A stretch of 64,000 nt of DNA from an uncultured bacterium (lineage in GTDB: Bacteria; Chlamydiota; Chlamydiia; Chlamydiales; SM23-39): assembly GCA_964351495.1 (NCBI GenBank), contig CAYGOC010000001.1, forward strand, positions 31,036-95,035, written 5' to 3'. The position numbers and the translations under genes were made by a program. Below the pieces are notes generated by a model. It was not told where the DNA came from. It searched no databases and was given only the letters and a program-made list of their open reading frames with translations. How positions within the stretch are numbered: position 1 is the stretch's first letter; each line of letters starts with the position of its first letter. Positions 52,846 to 61,203 of this stretch are shown here, piece after piece.

Positions 52846-53539
52846 AAAAGACCCTTCCTTTTTTAGGAAAAAGAGATATCTCCGGAATATAGGAACCTAT
52901 TTTTTGGGATACGATTATTGGGAGCAGTTCTGCTATTTCTTTTGCCTCTAGACTCGTCTCTTCAGGAGCATAGAAGGTTTCTTCAAAAAAGGAGGTTTTA
53001 ACCACACCCGGATAGATAAGATTTATATTTACGGAAGAGTTTTTGGTCTCCTCTTGCATACTTTGTAAAAAGCCTTTAAGACCCATTTTAGAGGCGGTGT
53101 ATACACTCCCTTTTTTCTTCGCAGCTAGGGCGGCCTCAGAAAGAATGGCTATGATATGGGCTTTTTTTTGTTTTTTTAAAAAAGGCAAAATCCCCTTTAC
53201 AAGCAAAATAGGAGCCAGAAGATTTACAAGAAAAACCTTTTCTATACTTTGATACGAATACTCTTCTACATTTCCTAAAAGGGGGAGCCCTGCATTTAAA
53301 AGGACGCCTTCCAGTTTAGAGAGCTCTTCTTTCTTTTTTCTCAAAAAGGGCTCTATCTCTTTTGTTTTTAGAAGATCTAATGGTTCAAAATCAAAACAGG
53401 GGTCTTCTAGAGAGGGCTTGGTTCTACCAAGGCCTTTTACTCTATACCCTAGGGTAAGCAGCTTTTTCGTACAAGCAAGGCCAATTCCTCTACTGGCTCC
53501 AAAAACCCAAAAAAGGGGCTTTTCTACGAAGTGGGACAT
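52790..53539 (-). CDS. Short-chain dehydrogenase/reductase (classical SDR)
   Basis: 249 aa with 'VFGASRGIGLA', 'NAG' and catalytic 'YTASKMGLKGF'. Its 3' end overlaps the convergent monooxygenase gene by 56 nt. Its 5' end overlaps the radical-SAM gene by 16 nt. Confidence 0.85.
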   Translation of the reverse strand: MSHFVEKPLFWVFGASRGIGLACTKKLLTLGYRVKGLGRTKPSLEDPCFDFEPLDLLKTKEIEPFLRKKKEELSKLEGVLLNAGLPLLGNVEEYSYQSIEKVFLVNLLAPILLVKGILPFLKKQKKAHIIAILSEAALAAKKKGSVYTASKMGLKGFLQSMQEETKNSSVNINLIYPGVVKTSFFEETFYAPEETSLEAKEIAELLPIIVSQKIGSYIPEISLFPKKGRVFFKKKERPFVDTLLQKEDL

Positions 53540-54510
53540 ACAAAAATTCTCTCCTGACTTATTGCTTTTTCAATCTCTTTTTTACAAAAAAGGATCAGCT
53601 CCTCTTCCTTCTTTTTTTCGTAAGAAATGCTTTTTTGTCCTTTTTCCATCCCTAAGACAAAAAGCTTATCTTCCGGATAGATTTTTCGGATATTTTCATA
53701 AACTCCCTTAGGCATCCGAAAGGCTCCGATAGTTACATCTGCTATAGAGGAAAGAGGGATTTCTTGAAACACCTTCTGAAAAAATAGGGGGTAGGTAATT
53801 TCATACTCTTTCATAAAAAAAAGAGGATCAAAACGAAGGCCTATTTTCCACCCTAAATGCGCAAGTTTTCGTATTGCCTCTATTCTTTTTTGTAAGGAGG
53901 GAGTTTTATGCTCTAAAGACTTTTGGATTATGTCGGGTGTTAGTGTAAAGGCTATTGTCCAATTGGGGATGGGCTTTTTTTCTAAAAGAGAAGATATTTG
54001 GATACTTTTGGTCCTCAGTTCCATATGAGCTTTTGGATGTTTTAGAAAAAAGGGGTAAAAAGAGTCTACAAAATGGGTGATTTTCTCTAGAGCTAAACTA
54101 TCTCCATCATACCCAGAAAAAAAGTAAACAGGCCCTTTTTCTATTTCCTCTTCCATTTTTTGCATAAAGTCTTCTAGGTTTATGAAAAACACGAAATGGG
54201 CACTTTTGTACATTCCTTGTAAAAAGCAGTATCTACAATCGAAAATGCAGTTAAGCATATGGGAAAAATAGATGTTTCTATCAAACCCAAGGCCGTATCC
54301 TTTGGGAATTTTATGTAGAAACCCCTCTTCTTTACGGGCTAAGATAAGGGAGGGATTTTGTTTTTGCATCCGGAAGTTTTGCGAGTGAACGTTAAAGATT
54401 TCCTGATATCTTTCACAAAAGATCACTCTTTTCTCTGAAAATCTTTGTACGATTTCCTTTACTCTAAAATGGTCTTGTATCTTTTCTTCACAGTATAGGT
54501 GTTGGATCAT
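53524..54510 (-). CDS. Radical-SAM protein of the spore-photoproduct-lyase / COG1533 'DNA repair photolyase' family
   Basis: 328 aa. The motif C88-x3-C92-x2-C95 within 'NCIFDCRYCFLQG' resembles the SplB-type 'C...C.YC(Y/F)LQ' motif. Confidence 0.78.
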   Translation of the reverse strand: MIQHLYCEEKIQDHFRVKEIVQRFSEKRVIFCERYQEIFNVHSQNFRMQKQNPSLILARKEEGFLHKIPKGYGLGFDRNIYFSHMLNCIFDCRYCFLQGMYKSAHFVFFINLEDFMQKMEEEIEKGPVYFFSGYDGDSLALEKITHFVDSFYPFFLKHPKAHMELRTKSIQISSLLEKKPIPNWTIAFTLTPDIIQKSLEHKTPSLQKRIEAIRKLAHLGWKIGLRFDPLFFMKEYEITYPLFFQKVFQEIPLSSIADVTIGAFRMPKGVYENIRKIYPEDKLFVLGMEKGQKSISYEKKKEEELILFCKKEIEKAISQERIFVCPTS

Positions 54511-55345
54511 AGTCAGAAAAATCTAAAGGGTTTTTTTTTAGTTCTTGGGAAAGTTTTTGGATAAATTCTTTTGAGGAAGAGGCTTTAAAACAAGGCTCTT
54601 GTTTAAACCCTACTTGGTATTGTACAAGAAGCTCCTTTAGCTGATGTGTTTGGGTTACGGTACAGTGCCAAAGACTTTTTGCCTTTTCAAAGGGTTTTTC
54701 TACTTCCTGTTTTTTCTCTTCCCATTTTTTTTGCAATAGAAGAAGAGCTTCTAGTTCTGTTTTTAAAGCTTTCTCATTTTTTTGTATCAGTTTTGTAGCC
54801 TCTTTTGAGGAAAAAGAGATCTTCTCAGAAGGGGTGTCAGAAACTATTTTCAAAACCTGGCAAAACTCTAAAAAGCTTTTTTTTCTAGAGGCCTGAAAAA
54901 ATCCAAATGCTTCCATATCGTAGCCGCAACGAAAATCTTTATAAGAAAAGGAGGGCTCTTTTACCGTTTTTAAAGAAGAGCTTTTTCCCCCTTTTTGAAA
55001 AACCAAAGAAGGATAAAAACGCTCTTTTTCTTTTATAATGGTATCTGCCCAGAAAAGATCTCCCAAAGAAAAACAGGAGTGTCCTGCTAGGCCGAAATTA
55101 AGCCATAGAGCCTCTTTTACGTTAGGAAAAAGGCTACTTAGAAAAAGGACTGTATCAAACGCATTTTTCTCGCCTATTTTTGATATTGCCAAAACTGTTT
55201 TTTTATCTTGGCTTCTGTAAACTTTTCTAAAAGATTTTTTTTCTTCTTTCATAGAAAAATAAGAGAGAAAAAAGGATGCTTCACACGCTAAAGCCACAAC
55301 GATAAAAAAATTAGGTTCTATAACCTCTTGTTCCGTTTCTTGCAT
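54488..55345 (-). CDS. PNP_UDP_1-fold nucleosidase-like protein (MTAN/futalosine-hydrolase-like) with a helical C-terminal extension of about 95 aa
   Basis: 285 aa. The motif order 'FIVVALACEA', 'AISKIGEKNA', 'LNFGLAGH', 'YDMEAFGFFQAS' and 'KIVSDTPSE' mirrors MTAN blocks (GAMEEE / GIGKVAAA / GSAGG / DMEAAA / IRAISD). It overlaps the radical-SAM gene by 23 nt. Confidence 0.5.
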   Translation of the reverse strand: MQETEQEVIEPNFFIVVALACEASFFLSYFSMKEEKKSFRKVYRSQDKKTVLAISKIGEKNAFDTVLFLSSLFPNVKEALWLNFGLAGHSCFSLGDLFWADTIIKEKERFYPSLVFQKGGKSSSLKTVKEPSFSYKDFRCGYDMEAFGFFQASRKKSFLEFCQVLKIVSDTPSEKISFSSKEATKLIQKNEKALKTELEALLLLQKKWEEKKQEVEKPFEKAKSLWHCTVTQTHQLKELLVQYQVGFKQEPCFKASSSKEFIQKLSQELKKNPLDFSDYDPTPIL

Positions 55346-55483
55346 ACGTAATTTTTTGAACTGGTTACCTTAGACTCAAAATTATAGCACAAAAGAGAAG
55401 AAAGCCTTATTAATTTATATCTCTTACAAAAAAACTTCTGCTAAAATAAATCTTTTGGATTAAAAGAGGGATTTTTCACCCCT

Positions 55484-56119
55484 ATGAAAGAATTAAAACA
55501 CTTATTTATCAACAATCAAAAGTGGATCGAAAAAAAACTTTCTCAAGATCCACAGTACTTCCTTGAAAGGGCTAAAGAACAAAAACCTTCCTACCTTTGG
55601 ATAGGGTGTTCTGATAGTAGAGTTCCCGCCAATGAAGTGGTAGCTTTAGAAGCCGGAGAGATTTTTGTTCATAGAAATATTGCGAATTTATTTTTGCATG
55701 CGGATTTAAATTCTCTTTCTGTTTTGGAGTATGCAGTAACTATTTTAGAGGTAAAACATATCATTGTTTGTGGCCACTATGGTTGTGGAGGGATAAAAGC
55801 TGCCATGCAAGACCATCACTTGGGCCTTGTGGATAATTGGCTCCGTAATATACGAGATATTTATGTGAATAATAAAAAAGAGTTAGAAAGTATCCAAGAA
55901 GAAGAGGTCAGATATAGAAGGCTCGTGGAACTTAATGTTGTGCAACAGGTAATGAATATTTGCCATACCACTATCGTTCAAAATTTTTGGGCTTTGGGAA
56001 AGCCCCTTTCCGTACATGGGTGGGTTTATGAAATACTAACGGGAAAATTGCTCGATTTAAATTGTGAAATTACCCAAAAAGAGCAAATAGACGACGCTTA
56101 TCAAATCAAAAAGCTTTAG
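55484..56119 (+). CDS. can: Beta-class carbonic anhydrase
   Basis: 211 aa with the zinc-ligand motifs 'GCSDSRVP' and 'VCGHYGCGG'. Confidence 0.92.
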   Translation: MKELKHLFINNQKWIEKKLSQDPQYFLERAKEQKPSYLWIGCSDSRVPANEVVALEAGEIFVHRNIANLFLHADLNSLSVLEYAVTILEVKHIIVCGHYGCGGIKAAMQDHHLGLVDNWLRNIRDIYVNNKKELESIQEEEVRYRRLVELNVVQQVMNICHTTIVQNFWALGKPLSVHGWVYEILTGKLLDLNCEITQKEQIDDAYQIKKL

Positions 56120-57482
56120 GCTCTTTGTTTTTTTTGAGAAAGAACAGATCTCCCGATAAAAAGCCAATAGCAGAAAGCGCAAGAGTCAAGATCTCTTTAG
56201 GAAAATCTACAGAGTAGATACGGAAGAAGAAAAAGCCAAAAGCGCCCATAATCATAGAGAGCATAGCAGAAAAAAAGTTCCCCTTTGTTTTAAAAAGAGC
56301 AAAAAAGATAGGAGCAAATAAAATGCTCACTGAAAACTCATAGCTCTGGATTAAAAGGTCCACAATATTATCTAAGAAAAAGGCAAAGAATATCGCTGCT
56401 AAAGAAACAATTGCTGTAATAAACCTAGCTGAAAAGAGCGTTTCCTTTTTAGGAAATAGAATAATACTAAAGTCACTTGCAATATTAGAACTAATAGCAT
56501 TGATTAAAGAAGTAGCAGTAGAAATAATCGCAGCTAAAATAGCGCATCCTGCAAAAGAGGCCAGGTAAGGGTTTGTAAGTTTTTGTACTACCGCCATCAA
56601 AATACTCTCTCCTGAAATATAAGGAATATCCAAAGAATTTGCTAATGTCCCAAAAAAGATGGGGATTACACAAATTATTAGAGTGGCTATTCCTGCAAAA
56701 AAAGAGGCTTTAGATACAACCTTGGGAGAGATACCTGAAAAACATCTTTGGCCCATATCTTGCTCTATTAACATAAAAAGAGATGGCATAAGAAGCCAAG
56801 CCCAAATTTTATTGGAAGAAACGGCAGAGAAAATCTCTTTTTCAGGAAATAATTTTGCCTCAGGGTGAGATATAAATATCACAAAAAAACATAAGAAAAA
56901 GACAAAGGAAAAAAAAGAAGCTTGAATAATGTCGGTAGAGATTACCGCTTTTAGCCCCCCATTCACAGTATACAAAATGACAAAAGACCAAAATAAGATA
57001 AAAAGAAGAGAATGATCTACGCCTAAACTAACTAAAAATTTATTAGAAGCAATAATTTGGGATACTAAGATCATAAAAAGGGAAAGAATCGACAAAAGAG
57101 AGGCTACCTTTTTCAAGAACGAAGAGGAGTACACAACCTCAAATATCTGCGCAACTGTGGAAACATTAAAACGGATAAGCCTTTTTCCCACTCCAGATCC
57201 CAAAAGCATAAGACCGATAGAAGCCCCTACCGGATAGCATAAAACAGCCCATCCGGAATAATAGGCTTCTTCTGCCGATCCTAAAATAATGCCACCGCCT
57301 ACCTGGGTTGCAAAAAAGGTCATCATAAGAGGAAAAAACCGCACCTTTTTCCCTGCTAAAAAATAGTCTTTTTCCGATTCTAATTTTTTGGAGCCCAACT
57401 TTCCTATCAACCAATAGAAAATTTGTAAAAGAAAAAGCAACCCCAAGAAAAAAGAAAGATTCATACCAAAACCGGAAAGCAT
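56106..57482 (-). CDS. Sodium:solute symporter family (SSF) transporter
   Basis: 458 aa with about 12-13 TM segments. The N-terminal 'DYFLAGKKVRFFPLMMTFFATQVGGG' is typical of SSF. Its 3' end overlaps the can gene by 14 nt. Confidence 0.8.
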   Translation of the reverse strand: MLSGFGMNLSFFLGLLFLLQIFYWLIGKLGSKKLESEKDYFLAGKKVRFFPLMMTFFATQVGGGIILGSAEEAYYSGWAVLCYPVGASIGLMLLGSGVGKRLIRFNVSTVAQIFEVVYSSSFLKKVASLLSILSLFMILVSQIIASNKFLVSLGVDHSLLFILFWSFVILYTVNGGLKAVISTDIIQASFFSFVFFLCFFVIFISHPEAKLFPEKEIFSAVSSNKIWAWLLMPSLFMLIEQDMGQRCFSGISPKVVSKASFFAGIATLIICVIPIFFGTLANSLDIPYISGESILMAVVQKLTNPYLASFAGCAILAAIISTATSLINAISSNIASDFSIILFPKKETLFSARFITAIVSLAAIFFAFFLDNIVDLLIQSYEFSVSILFAPIFFALFKTKGNFFSAMLSMIMGAFGFFFFRIYSVDFPKEILTLALSAIGFLSGDLFFLKKNKEPKAF

Positions 57483-57534
57483 TATCTCGTTTCTTGTTTT
57501 TTTAAAACAAGAATAAGAGTTTTTTTACTAAAAA

Positions 57535-59280
57535 TTAAACTTGTATTTCACTTAGCCCTTCTTTGGAAAAATCGATTTTCAAAGGAGGATGGTCTGTTTG
57601 CAGGCAAAGACCCTTCTCTTCTATAGAAGAAATGGTAGGCAAAACCTCCCCCACTACTGCAAAAAAGTCGTTTTTCACCTCAGGAGTAAGAAGCTGAAAA
57701 TTACACCTGGAGAAAACCCGGCTGATCATAGAGGTCATTTTCTCGAGCTCTTCTTTGGTATTGTGATTAAAGTCTCCGTATAAGAAAAACTGAGTAAAAA
57801 GCCCCTTCTCTTTTTGTAAAGAGGTCAAAAGAGATTCTAGCTGCTCTTCTTTTTTCTCTCCCCAAAAATGGGTATGCACGTTTAAAACGTTTGGCAACTC
57901 TTCTAAAGAAAAAACAGAAAAGGCGCGATTTAAAAAACTTTGAGAGGGAACAAGAGGAAATACTCTCAAGTTTGAAACTGCATTGTGTGTGACAAGAGAA
58001 AGGCCTGAAGAGATCCCGAAAAAGTGATTTTCCCCTTGCATATTGGTATATAAGTGCGCTTGTAGGTTTTTGTTTGTAAGCTCTTTGGTAAGAAGCCTGA
58101 TAAAACCTCGATCTACCACTTCTTCCAAGGCTAAATTATATCCTTCTTGAAATTTCTCTACCACGTACTTAGCTATTTTTTGTAGCTGCTCTTCTTTAGA
58201 ACCTTGCCCTACTTTGTTAGGAACTTCTTTATCGAACGAAATAGCGATTTCCCTATCAATAGAAGGTCTGTTTTCTAATTCGGGAAGTGCTCCTACGTTT
58301 AGATTGAAAATCCCTTTTGGTGGCTTGCGAATCTTTCCTGAAATAGGGGTATATAAATAGTTTTTACCGGAAAAAGAAAGAGATGCTCTTCCCAAAGAAG
58401 AAAAAGCAACGCTTAAAACAGCGCAAGGGATACTAAAAAACCCTCTGGCCAAGACTTCTATAGATCCTATGGTTGTCTTCCAGTGAGAATTTTCTGAACT
58501 ACTCTTATATACAGAAATCCCTCGATTTGCAGCAGTAAATACCGGCTGCGCTAGGCTGTGAGCTGCCTCAAAACAGCCTCTAGCTACCGTTTGAAAACCG
58601 CTTTCTATTTTAGGTCTCATATGTACCATCATTTTTTCCTCCGCTAATCTATCAAAGCGAGCGCTTATCTTAGTGCCTAAATAAACTGTTAAAACAGCTT
58701 GTGTAAAAGCCTCTAAATAATACCCCTTTTCCCACTCTTTATAAGAAGTTATGCAAGCTACCAAAAGCTGTCCTATTAAAAGGGCTGTCCTAAAGGAAGT
58801 TCCTGTACACAAGGTAAACGCTGCTACATACATGGCAGAAATAGCCACCCTCCCTATCATAGAAAGAGCTTGCGCGGAAAAGTCTTTACCTTTTACTTGG
58901 TACAGCTTTTTTCCTCCCACTATAATATCTTGAACTGCAGAGACTAGAAACTGTTTATTAGGAGATCTGAAAAAAAAGAGAAGAGAGAAGAGAGATAGCG
59001 CTTTACTTAAGTAAGCCATACCCTTTTCCGGGTTTTCTTCCTCTATTTTTTCCCGGTAAGCGTTTATTAACCGGGAGCCTAAAGAAGCACCTAAAATCAA
59101 AGAAGATCCCGGCTGAGAAAGCGCTAAAATAGGCAGCAAGGCTAGAAAAACTCTTTTTACCTGTCCTCCATAGTTCCCATACAAACTAAAAGAGGGCCTT
59201 TCTTCTGTAAAAACAGCAGGAGAAGAGCTCAGATCCGGATTTAAAACAGGAACAAAAAATCTACCCAAAGAAAGTTCCAC
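57535..59280 (-). CDS. EEP-domain protein with a hydrophobic N-terminal module of about 300 aa (paralogue-like of 15195..16694)
   Basis: 581 aa with a GTG start. C-terminal EEP motifs are 'IFNLNVGALPE', 'LALEEV', 'LNVHTHFWG', 'FFLYGDFNHN' and 'QTDHPPLKIDF'. The N-terminus has several hydrophobic helices ('VFLALLPILALS', 'ISAMYVAAFTLCTG', 'ALLIGQLLVACITS'). Confidence 0.65.
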   Translation of the reverse strand: MELSLGRFFVPVLNPDLSSSPAVFTEERPSFSLYGNYGGQVKRVFLALLPILALSQPGSSLILGASLGSRLINAYREKIEEENPEKGMAYLSKALSLFSLLFFFRSPNKQFLVSAVQDIIVGGKKLYQVKGKDFSAQALSMIGRVAISAMYVAAFTLCTGTSFRTALLIGQLLVACITSYKEWEKGYYLEAFTQAVLTVYLGTKISARFDRLAEEKMMVHMRPKIESGFQTVARGCFEAAHSLAQPVFTAANRGISVYKSSSENSHWKTTIGSIEVLARGFFSIPCAVLSVAFSSLGRASLSFSGKNYLYTPISGKIRKPPKGIFNLNVGALPELENRPSIDREIAISFDKEVPNKVGQGSKEEQLQKIAKYVVEKFQEGYNLALEEVVDRGFIRLLTKELTNKNLQAHLYTNMQGENHFFGISSGLSLVTHNAVSNLRVFPLVPSQSFLNRAFSVFSLEELPNVLNVHTHFWGEKKEEQLESLLTSLQKEKGLFTQFFLYGDFNHNTKEELEKMTSMISRVFSRCNFQLLTPEVKNDFFAVVGEVLPTISSIEEKGLCLQTDHPPLKIDFSKEGLSEIQV

Positions 59281-59371
59281 AAGAATCCTACTTTACTAAA
59301 AAAGAGTAATTATTTTAGCTAAAAAACCCCCAAAAAGAAAGGAGAAAAAAAAGATAGTACTTATTTTTTTT

Positions 59372-60280
59372 CTATATAGAATCTATTTTTTGAACCGGCA
59401 GTGTCTCTTTTCTTTTTTTAGTAGCTATATAGGTAGAAAAAACAATTACAAGTCCTCCTATCCAAGTGACTTGTGAGGGAATTTCTTGAAAAAAAAGCAT
59501 TCCCATGAAAAGAGCAAAAATCAGTCTTACGTAGCCCAAAGAAGCTAAAAGGGAGGCCTCCCCTTCTTTTAGGGCCGATATATAACAAAGATTAGAAATA
59601 GAGACAAAAACAGCTAGTAAGACCATATATACAAGATCAGCACTAGTAGGAGGCGTCCAAGAAAACAGAGCAAAAAAACCCGATAAAAAAAATGCGGTAA
59701 CGGAAGAGAAAAAAAGAAGAGTCCACCTAGACTCGGTACTAGAGAGCTTTTTTGTGGTAATAATCGATAAACTAGCACACAGGTTCCCTACCAAAGCTAC
59801 TAAAAGGACAAAAGAGGAATTCACCTCTGGCTCAAAAACCAAAAACACACCCAAGTAGCCCAAAAAAACAGCAAGCCATTGATACCAAAACAATCTCTCT
59901 TTCAGCAAGAAAAGAGCTAAAATACAGGTAAAAAGGGGTCCTGTATACCCAACGCAAGCAGAAGTAGCCATAGGGATATTTCTATAGGTGTAATAGGTAC
60001 AGGCAATGGAGACATTAGCCAAGAGAACCCTTATAAGGTGAAACTTTTTTTGGCTAGGATTTTGCAAAAGAGCGCGATTTTTCCAAAAAAAAGGGAGGAA
60101 AAATAAAAGACTGAAAATGCTTCGAAAAAAGACTAACGTCCAACTGGAAACCTGAGGCGATACTTTTCTGGAAAAGCTAACCGCACAAACAAAGAAAAAA
60201 CCCCCTAAGATTCCCAATAAAATTGCTTTTTTTCGAGGATTTTCAAAAGAAAAAGAAATTTTTTTATTAAAAATAAACAA
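59372..60280 (-). CDS. EamA/DMT-superfamily transporter
   Basis: 302 aa with 10 TM segments in a two-fold EamA-repeat organisation. Confidence 0.8.
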   Translation of the reverse strand: MFIFNKKISFSFENPRKKAILLGILGGFFFVCAVSFSRKVSPQVSSWTLVFFRSIFSLLFFLPFFWKNRALLQNPSQKKFHLIRVLLANVSIACTYYTYRNIPMATSACVGYTGPLFTCILALFLLKERLFWYQWLAVFLGYLGVFLVFEPEVNSSFVLLVALVGNLCASLSIITTKKLSSTESRWTLLFFSSVTAFFLSGFFALFSWTPPTSADLVYMVLLAVFVSISNLCYISALKEGEASLLASLGYVRLIFALFMGMLFFQEIPSQVTWIGGLVIVFSTYIATKKRKETLPVQKIDSI

Positions 60281-60354
60281 AACAAATCTAATTTATTAAT
60301 ATTTTATATATTAAAACATATTTAATCTACTTTAAAATCAAATTTTATTTGTTT
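60281..60354. other. Near-pure A/T intergenic block (74 bp)
   Basis: 'aacaaatctaatttattaatattttatatattaaaacatatttaatctactttaaaatcaaattttatttg'. It shares 'ATATTAAAACA' with the A/T block at 15061-15150. Confidence 0.6.
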
Positions 60355-61203
60355 TTATTCAAACTTAGGATGGAATTTTTTAAACGAGTTTTGAAGCACA
60401 TTTTGAGATACTTGTGTGTATCTATCTGTAGTAGAGATGCTTTCATGGCCCAGCATCTCTTGAATAAGACGAAGATCGGCTCCATTTTCCAGAAGATGCG
60501 TAGCAAAGCAATGCCTAAGAACATGGGGAGAGACATTTTTAGTAATTCCCGCTTTTTTGGCATAAAACTTAACCCGTAAAAAAAGGGTCTCTCTTTTTAA
60601 TTTTTTCCCTTTTTTACAGACAAAAAGAGCCTCACTAGGCTTACTCCCATCTAGGTAGGCTAGGTACTGATCAATTGCTTGGATTGCTTTTTCTCCTATG
60701 GGAACAATCCGTTCTTTTTTCCCTTTTCCAAAGACTTTGATAAAAGAGTCTTCTACATCCTCTATTTTCAAATTACAACACTCAGAAACGCGGATGCCGG
60801 TTGCATAGAGCACTTCAAGAATGGCTTTATCTCGCGCTCCTAAAAAGGAGTCTGCTTTTGGGGCTTCTAAAAGGGCTTCCACCTCTTTTTCTGATAAAAC
60901 CTCAGGAATAAGCTGCCATACTTTAGGAGTCTCTAAAAAAAGAGGTTCCCCTTGAAAATGCCCTTCCTGTTTTAAAAACCGGAAAAACGATTTTATGGCC
61001 ATGATTTTTCGGTAGATCGTGGAGGATTTATATCCTTTCTCTTTTAGGGAAGAAAGGTAAGAAAAAAGAGAAGTTTCTTCTTTAAGAGAACAAAAAGGGA
61101 GAAACCCTTCGATATCTTTTTGATAGGCTTTGACTGTATGAGAGGAAAAGTTTTTTTCTACTTCTAAGTGGAGTAAAAAAAGACTAAGGTAACTCCCAAT
61201 CAC
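60355..61203 (-). CDS. xerD: Tyrosine site-specific recombinase of the XerC/XerD type
   Basis: 282 aa. The SAM-like N-domain has 'SSHTVKAYQKDIEGFL'. The catalytic region has 'DKAILEVLYATGIRVSEC', 'RHCFATHLLENGADLRLIQEMLGHESISTTDRYTQV' (R-H-R-Y set). The GTG start lies 20 nt inside the upstream gene. Assigning XerD rather than XerC is tentative. Confidence 0.88.
   Translation of the reverse strand: MIGSYLSLFLLHLEVEKNFSSHTVKAYQKDIEGFLPFCSLKEETSLFSYLSSLKEKGYKSSTIYRKIMAIKSFFRFLKQEGHFQGEPLFLETPKVWQLIPEVLSEKEVEALLEAPKADSFLGARDKAILEVLYATGIRVSECCNLKIEDVEDSFIKVFGKGKKERIVPIGEKAIQAIDQYLAYLDGSKPSEALFVCKKGKKLKRETLFLRVKFYAKKAGITKNVSPHVLRHCFATHLLENGADLRLIQEMLGHESISTTDRYTQVSQNVLQNSFKKFHPKFE

Noticed and set aside
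60281-60354. A possible dif (XerCD) site in the A/T block beside the recombinase gene
   Set aside because: Only a weak resemblance exists: TATGTT(T)TTAAT on the minus strand against the XerD half-site TTATGTTAAAT. No convincing 11-6-11 architecture is present. In A/T-only DNA such partial matches are expected by chance.
60355-61203. The tyrosine recombinase as the integrase of a prophage or genomic island
   Set aside because: Its size, N-terminal SAM-like domain and 'LEVLYATG...RHCFATHLLENGADLRLIQEMLGH' motifs match housekeeping XerC/D rather than phage integrases. No tRNA, att-like direct repeats or phage genes are present in the window.
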